Shown: one piece after another, positions 24,200-29,379 of the stretch
Layout of the letters: every line of letters starts with the position of its first letter
Position numbering within the stretch: position 1 is the stretch's first letter
From: a virus
Taxonomy: Duplodnaviria > Caudoviricetes
Length of the DNA stretch: 29,379 nucleotides
Direction: 5' to 3' (one strand)
IMG/VR virus record: IMGVR_UViG_3300029930_000010
Span: 1 to 29,379 of that record
The notes under the pieces: generated by a model
What the model saw: the letters and a program-made list of their open reading frames with translations, nothing else
What the model was told of the DNA's origin: nothing
Database searches by the model: none
Position numbers and translations under genes: made by a program

Positions 24200-24210
24200 A
24201 GGATTAAGCC

Positions 24211-24663
24211 ATGCAAGGACTACTCGGCTCGGACATTCAAATCGTTATTGCTGATTCAGCGGAGCCTGAACTTGATGCGGATGAACTTGCAAAGAACCGC
24301 GATCATGTGAAGGCGCATTGGATGTTTGGGCCGGAAAAGACTCAGCAGCCAAATACCGAGTATTGGCGCAAGATTGCAACGGTCTGGCGTATCGCACCGG
24401 ATCAGGCTCGGCGCAACCTGTGTGCAAACTGTGAATACTTTAACGACAGCCCGGATATGTTGGCTCAGATGGAGTCGATCCCCGAAGATGCCTACGATAA
24501 GGACGGCGGCGGCAGGGGCTTTTGTCAGAAGTTTGACTTTATTTGCCATAACTTGAGGACTTGTCAGGCATGGGAGCGCGCTTGCCAGCCTGAAGCTGAA
24601 GGCGAAGATTACTCAAACGGAGAAGAAGATGGGAACAACGAATCAGCATCAGATGTCGAGTAA
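24211..24663 (+). CDS. Hypothetical protein with Cys cluster (CANCEYF...GFC...C...CQAW)
   Basis: AGGA RBS, 150 aa. Cys spacing suggests metal or Fe-S binding. Confidence 0.7.
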   Translation: MQGLLGSDIQIVIADSAEPELDADELAKNRDHVKAHWMFGPEKTQQPNTEYWRKIATVWRIAPDQARRNLCANCEYFNDSPDMLAQMESIPEDAYDKDGGGRGFCQKFDFICHNLRTCQAWERACQPEAEGEDYSNGEEDGNNESASDVE

Positions 24664-24763
24664 GCAGGCTAAAAAAACCGCCGAGGAAGCGCGTAAACGC
24701 GCCGAGCAAAACGGTTGGCAGTCTATGGCCTACAAGTTTTCCAAACCGAAGGGCAAAAAATGA
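24629..24763 (+). CDS. 44-aa basic protein (not in ORF track)
   Basis: Translates as MGTTNQHQMSSKQAKKTAEEARKRAEQNGWQSMAYKFSKPKGKK*. GGAG RBS and ATGA-coupled stop. Confidence 0.55.
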   Translation: MGTTNQHQMSSKQAKKTAEEARKRAEQNGWQSMAYKFSKPKGKK

Positions 24764-24930
24764 AGATGACTAAAGCTGGCAAGGCCAAAGTCGCCACGGT
24801 CATGCACGAATTTGGCAAGGGCGAACTTCACTCAGGCAAAGGCGGCAATGTGGTCAAGAACCCAAAGCAAGCCGTTGCGATTGCAATTTCCGAGGCTGCT
24901 AAGAAAATGGGCAGGTATAAGGGCAAATGA
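24760..24930 (+). CDS. Small basic protein (DUF6496-like)
   Basis: 'KVATVMHEFGKGELHSGKGG.VVKNPKQAVAIAISEA' pattern. ATGA-coupled start at 24760. Confidence 0.7.
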   Translation: MKMTKAGKAKVATVMHEFGKGELHSGKGGNVVKNPKQAVAIAISEAAKKMGRYKGK

Positions 24931-25199
24931 TTAAGAGAGGCAAAGAATCTTTTGCTGGCTATAACCAGCCCAAACGGACTCCGAGCCATCCGACTAAGAG
25001 CCATGCTGTTTTGGCTAAATCAGGTGACGATGTAAAGCTGATCCGCTTTGGTCAGCAAGGCGTAAGCGGCTCACCAAGGCGTGAGGGTGAATCAGTAGCA
25101 GACAAGAATCGCCGGGAAAGTTTCAAGGCCCGTCATGCCGAGAATATCGCCAAGGGCAAGATGTCTGCGGCGTACTGGGCTAATAAAGTGAAGTGGTGA
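24927..25199 (+). CDS. Small basic conserved phage protein
   Basis: 'KLIRFGQQG...RRESFKARH...SAAYWANKVKW' pattern found near terminase genes in aquatic phages. Confidence 0.7.
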   Translation: MIKRGKESFAGYNQPKRTPSHPTKSHAVLAKSGDDVKLIRFGQQGVSGSPRREGESVADKNRRESFKARHAENIAKGKMSAAYWANKVKW

Positions 25200-25203
25200 G
25201 ATC

Positions 25204-27093
25204 ATGGACGGACTGCTTGGGCCATATATAGGAAATCCAAATCTTCAGCGGCAAGCTGCAAGGGCCAGAGCGTTGGCTAAGCAGAGAGATGTAAATTTAC
25301 TTGCTGATCCAAAAACATACGCAGTTGTTGAAGGTCTTTTAGGAACTCCACCAGATAAACTTGGTTTTAGTGTTTTGCATCCTAAATATCAGGAAATTAT
25401 GCAAGTTGCTGATCCTGCTTTTGCAGCAGGAACATTGCTAGGAATATCACCATTATTGGGTGCAACGCAAAAATTAAAAACAGCTAAAAATAGTTTACTA
25501 GATACATTACCAAGAGGCGAAATTTATGAAACAGCACAACAAGGGCCATTCTACCGAGTCGCTAAAAAAGGTGAAGGAGACATTGGCAGCTTTACAAAAG
25601 GAATACGGGAACAAGGACAAGAGTATTCCACCACCGACAGCGGAAGAATTGGAGGAAATGTTCCAGCAAGATTATCGAATGATGCGATCAAAGCGGAGTT
25701 AAACAATCCTAGCAATTTTGTAAGGCAATCAGCTAATCAATATACAGAATCGGCTATTGGCAAATCGTATGAAACTCCAAACATACCTGAAAGTTCGCTT
25801 GCAAAGCAATCAGGTATTGGTCGTGTATTTGAATTGGCATTAGAAGGATCGCCAGAATACAAGAAAGCTGTTTTTGATTCCTATGTTAAGCAGATGCCAG
25901 AAGTCATTGAAAAAAGCGGAGCCAAAAATTACGATGACTTAATGGAAAAAGCATATTTGCAATTGTCTAAGGAAACTGAGCAACAATTTAATAGCCTTCC
26001 GGTAAGTCTGTCTTTTCACAAAGGCGGCGAAGGACAATATGCAAGCAGCAATGAAATGTTGCAAGACATATTTGGAAATAAACATTTATATGTTTACCAA
26101 GGTGGAAATCCACACGATTTTCTAAATAAAGTTGATAAACGAACTGGCTTAAATTCAAATGAAATGTTTAGGGCAACCCATGACTTTTATGGACATGGAG
26201 TACAAGGAAACCAATTCGGGCCAAAGGGTGAAGAAGTAGCATTTGCTGTACATGGCAATATGTATTCACCATTAGCAAAAATTGCAATGACTAGCGAAAC
26301 ACGCGGTCAAAATAGTTTTGTAAATTACACGCCTATCAATGCCGATCTTAAAGCACAAATCAACAAGTTCAACGAAGAAATTTATTACGCAAAACGCAGA
26401 GGCGATGTTGACGCTGTAAATACGTTTGAAAAAGCAAAACAAGATGCTTTTCAAGGTTTTCAGTTTGCACCACAAAAATCTGTTTTGCTTCCTGCCGAAT
26501 ACACAAAAACAGACTTTCAAGGCGGTATTCCTGACTATATATCGCCATTGATAAAACCAAAAACTGGCACTACTACTGAATCAGCATTAACTCATTACAG
26601 TACACAACCAAATTTAATTGAAACAGACCCTACTAAATATGGTACTGGAATTAAAGGCGAAGAATTTGAAAGATTGTCTTATACGCCCGGAGCAGTTACT
26701 GAAAGAACATATTTTTATGCTGGAGAACCGGGGTCAATGAGGCCGGAAATGGGATTGGGGCCATATAGATATAGGGGACAATCATCAAATTTATATGATG
26801 TATCAAAAGACCCATTAAATTTTCGTACATTAGCCAGCGAGTCAAATCGTACCCCTTGGACTTCACAAGTCAATCCGGGTCTTTCAGGCGGTGGATTTAC
26901 AGATGTCGAAAGAATTGTTAAAGAGTATGGGTATGAAGGATTATTAAATCCAGATTTGTCACTACCAACTGCAATCATGTATAGGCCAACTCCAGTAAAA
27001 CTTGGTGGATTTTTACCATTTGGATTGTTACAAGACGGATTGCTTTCAGACGAAGAAAAAAGAAAAGAATTAAAAAGTTTACTAGAATACTAA
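25204..27093 (+). CDS. Large AT-rich protein; putative polyvalent-type effector (HDxxGH metallopeptidase-like plus ART-like regions)
   Basis: 629-aa open frame with 'NEMFRATHDFYGH...FGPKGEE' and C-terminal 'LTHYS...RTYFY...NLYD...YGYEG'. The function is inferred. Confidence 0.5.
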   Translation: MDGLLGPYIGNPNLQRQAARARALAKQRDVNLLADPKTYAVVEGLLGTPPDKLGFSVLHPKYQEIMQVADPAFAAGTLLGISPLLGATQKLKTAKNSLLDTLPRGEIYETAQQGPFYRVAKKGEGDIGSFTKGIREQGQEYSTTDSGRIGGNVPARLSNDAIKAELNNPSNFVRQSANQYTESAIGKSYETPNIPESSLAKQSGIGRVFELALEGSPEYKKAVFDSYVKQMPEVIEKSGAKNYDDLMEKAYLQLSKETEQQFNSLPVSLSFHKGGEGQYASSNEMLQDIFGNKHLYVYQGGNPHDFLNKVDKRTGLNSNEMFRATHDFYGHGVQGNQFGPKGEEVAFAVHGNMYSPLAKIAMTSETRGQNSFVNYTPINADLKAQINKFNEEIYYAKRRGDVDAVNTFEKAKQDAFQGFQFAPQKSVLLPAEYTKTDFQGGIPDYISPLIKPKTGTTTESALTHYSTQPNLIETDPTKYGTGIKGEEFERLSYTPGAVTERTYFYAGEPGSMRPEMGLGPYRYRGQSSNLYDVSKDPLNFRTLASESNRTPWTSQVNPGLSGGGFTDVERIVKEYGYEGLLNPDLSLPTAIMYRPTPVKLGGFLPFGLLQDGLLSDEEKRKELKSLLEY

Positions 27094-27128
27094 TGTTATT
27101 AACTTGAACAACCCAATAGGGATTCAAA

Positions 27129-27395
27129 ATGGAAGAAGTTGAACAACCAAAACCAAGGGGCGGCGCTAGAGAGGGCGCTGGTCGTCCGAAGGGTAGCCTT
27201 GACAAAGGTAATGCCCAAATCCGCGAAATGATCGTTACCGCCCTCAACAACGTTGGCGGCGTTGAGTACCTCGAAAAGAAAGCAGAGACACATCCCCAAG
27301 CGTTTTTATCGCTCATTGGCAAAGTCATGCCTACTCAGGTCACAGGCGTTGACGGTAAAGACATCAATGTTTCTATCAAATGGATGAAATCATAG
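27129..27395 (+). CDS. terS: Terminase small subunit (putative)
   Basis: 'GGAREGAGRPKGS' followed by 'GGVEYL...P.AFLSLIGKVMP.QVTG.DG'. Overlaps the terL start. Confidence 0.7.
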   Translation: MEEVEQPKPRGGAREGAGRPKGSLDKGNAQIREMIVTALNNVGGVEYLEKKAETHPQAFLSLIGKVMPTQVTGVDGKDINVSIKWMKS

Positions 27396-28642
27396 AGATA
27401 CCTTACGCTCCGAGGGATCAGCAGACTCAAATCCACGATCTGCTTGATTCAAAGCGTTTCTGCGTTGTTGTGGCCCATCGGCGTATGGGCAAGACGGTTT
27501 CAGCGATTAACCATCTCATCAAGGACGCAATCCTGAACGACAAGGAAGCACCTGTATATGCGTACATAGCCCCGACCTACGGGCAGGCAAAGCGGGTTGC
27601 TTGGGACTACCTGCTGAAGTACACCAGACCGCTTGGCGGCAAGCAGAACATCTCCGAGTTAAGGGTCGATTTCTGGGGGCGGCGCATCCAGCTTTACGGC
27701 TCAGACAATCCAGAGACATTACGGGGCCAATACTTTGATGGCGTGATTCTGGATGAGATTGGCGATCAGAACCCCAAAATCTGGACAGACATCATTCGTC
27801 CGGCACTAGCTGACAGGATGGGCTGGTGTCTGTTTATCGGCACTCCAAAGGGCCATAACCACTTCAAGGAATTGAGGGATAGGGCTAAGACGGAGGATAA
27901 CTGGGGGCTGATTGAGTTTAAGGCATCGGAAACCGGGATTGTCAACCCGCAGGAACTTGCCGCAGCTAGGAACGAAATGGGCGATGACAAGTATCGCCAA
28001 GAGTTTGAATGTTCATTTGACGCTGCAATTGAGGGGTCTTACTACGGCAAGATTCTGAATGACCTAGAAAGCCAGAACAGGTTTGGCGAGATTCCGAGGG
28101 ATGACCTATGCCGCACATTTACCGCTTGGGACTTGGGCATAGGCGACTCGACTTCAATCTGGGTAGCCCAATTGATAGGTCAGGAAATCAGGCTAATTGA
28201 TTATTACGAAAATCACGGTGTCGGGCTTGATAACTACGTCAAGTGGATTATCGACAACGACTACCAAAAAGCCACCCACATCCTGCCGCATGACGTTCAG
28301 GTGCGGGAATTGGGGTCAGGAAAGAGCAGGCTAGAGATGCTTGAATCTGCCGGATTGCAGGTCAAGGTGGCCCCAAGGATGGGGGTAGATGACGGCATCC
28401 AAGCCGTTAGGCGTATATTGCCCCGGTGCTGGTTTAAGGTTCCAAATACGGAAATTGGCTTAAATTGCCTGAAAAACTATCGCCGGGATTTTGACGAAAA
28501 CCGCAAGATATTCTATGAGCGTCCGTTGCACGATTGGTCAAGCCACGGCGCTGACGCATTTAGATACCTAGCAATTGGCTTGGATGAACATAACTCATCT
28601 TGGTCAAAACCGATTAACCAGCCTCCGAAATGGGTGATCTAA
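27380..28642 (+). CDS. terL: Terminase large subunit
   Basis: Walker A 'AHRRMGKT', Walker B 'VILDE', 'GTPKG' motif III, nuclease 'AWDLG' and 'SHGADAFRY'. Confidence 0.95.
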   Translation: MDEIIEIPYAPRDQQTQIHDLLDSKRFCVVVAHRRMGKTVSAINHLIKDAILNDKEAPVYAYIAPTYGQAKRVAWDYLLKYTRPLGGKQNISELRVDFWGRRIQLYGSDNPETLRGQYFDGVILDEIGDQNPKIWTDIIRPALADRMGWCLFIGTPKGHNHFKELRDRAKTEDNWGLIEFKASETGIVNPQELAAARNEMGDDKYRQEFECSFDAAIEGSYYGKILNDLESQNRFGEIPRDDLCRTFTAWDLGIGDSTSIWVAQLIGQEIRLIDYYENHGVGLDNYVKWIIDNDYQKATHILPHDVQVRELGSGKSRLEMLESAGLQVKVAPRMGVDDGIQAVRRILPRCWFKVPNTEIGLNCLKNYRRDFDENRKIFYERPLHDWSSHGADAFRYLAIGLDEHNSSWSKPINQPPKWVI

Positions 28643-28827
28643 TGTTCCTGATTCCACAAGGTCAAAATCCGAATCAAAAGATTGCTATGCTCGAAAAAAG
28701 GGTAGAGTATTTGGAAAAAACCCTGTTGGGCTTACAATCCGAACAAAAGCCCCGTATTGGTCGGCCTCCGAAAAAGGTGCAGAATGAGCCAAATCAGCCT
28801 GAAGTCAGCAGTACAAGCAGCGATTGA
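28642..28827 (+). CDS. Small coiled-coil protein with AT-hook-like RIGRPPK
   Basis: TAATG-coupled to terL and overlaps the portal start. Confidence 0.55.
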   Translation: MFLIPQGQNPNQKIAMLEKRVEYLEKTLLGLQSEQKPRIGRPPKKVQNEPNQPEVSSTSSD

Positions 28828-29379
28828 CGATTCCATCGGGTACGTTGAAAGCGAAACCGTTGATGCGCGGAAAACCGCGCTTCAATACTATTTGCGCCAG
28901 CCTCTAGGCAACGAGGTAGAGGGGCGCAGTCAAGTAGTCACAGGCGAGGTAGCAGAGGCCATTGACGGCGCATTGCCAGCCCTGCTGCGTATCTTTACCG
29001 GATCAGATCATGTCGTTACCGCAAATCCAACTGGCCCCGGTGACGAAGCTGGCGCAAAGCAGGCAACCGACTACCTGAACTATATCTTTCTAAAAGATAA
29101 CCCCGGCGTGACCATCATGCGGGATTGGTTCTTTGATGCCCTGCTGCAAAAGAACGGCATCGTCAAAGCCTACTGGGAGGACAAGGAAGATATTTCGAGG
29201 GAGGAATATCAGGGTCTGACCGATGACGAAATGGCGATGATGTTGCAGGACGAGGAAATCGAAGTGGTTTCCCAAGATGTTCGCCAGATTCCTGTCGTTG
29301 ACGCATCTACCGCAGACACAATCAAGGCTGCTGGCGGCGTTGTCCCGACAATCAATCTCAACGATGTCAAGGTCAAGAA
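28784..29379 (+). CDS. Portal protein, 3'-truncated by the window edge
   Basis: Open to the end of the window: MSQISLKSAVQAAIDDSIGY...ALQYYL..PLGNEVEGRSQVV...LLRIF...AKQATDYLNYIF...DALLQKNGIVKAYW, a podovirus portal pattern directly after terL. Confidence 0.9.
   Translation, partial: MSQISLKSAVQAAIDDSIGYVESETVDARKTALQYYLRQPLGNEVEGRSQVVTGEVAEAIDGALPALLRIFTGSDHVVTANPTGPGDEAGAKQATDYLNYIFLKDNPGVTIMRDWFFDALLQKNGIVKAYWEDKEDISREEYQGLTDDEMAMMLQDEEIEVVSQDVRQIPVVDASTADTIKAAGGVVPTINLNDVKVK

Noticed and set aside
1-29379. Integrated prophage, alternative genetic code or IS/intron insertion
   Set aside because: No integrase, att-like host junction, transposase or homing endonuclease was recognised. Core genes are intact under the standard code.

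Overview
The window is most of the genome of a tailed dsDNA bacteriophage with podovirus-like organisation. The host is Gram-negative, since spanins and lipoproteins are present; the gene style suggests an aquatic proteobacterial host, which is inference only. The window begins inside a head-tail adaptor gene and ends inside the portal gene, so if the genome is circular or permuted only the rest of the portal and the scaffold/capsid block are missing. The + strand from 1 to 14254 holds adaptor, nozzle and structural genes, three putative ejection (internal virion) proteins, tail fibres with a chaperone, and an unusually large membrane/lysis cluster (nested Rz/Rz1 spanins, a second lipoprotein, a GH19 endolysin). 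The - strand from 14236 to 20924 is an early operon of small accessory genes, HTH and Zn-ribbon regulators, DUF2815 SSB, a SNF2-like helicase and a DUF2800 Cas4-like nuclease. A divergent control region at about 20925-21205 precedes the + strand primase-helicase, an iteron/palindrome origin candidate, a VRR-NUC nuclease, small basic proteins, an AT-rich 629-aa putative effector, TerS, TerL and the portal. No integrase, DNA polymerase, tRNA or CRISPR array was seen. The most interesting signals are four. First, a C4/CI-like three-way-junction RNA with matching upstream target sites and a terminator sits directly before the primase-helicase. Second, the 629-aa protein has peptidase-like and ART-like motifs and shares terminal GLL/LKSLL motifs with the ejection proteins. 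Third, the lysis cluster contains an extra Cys-rich lipoprotein plus 2-TM protein pair. Fourth, a repeated TAACGGAG leader precedes several early genes. All family assignments come from recognising motifs by eye, not from database searches.
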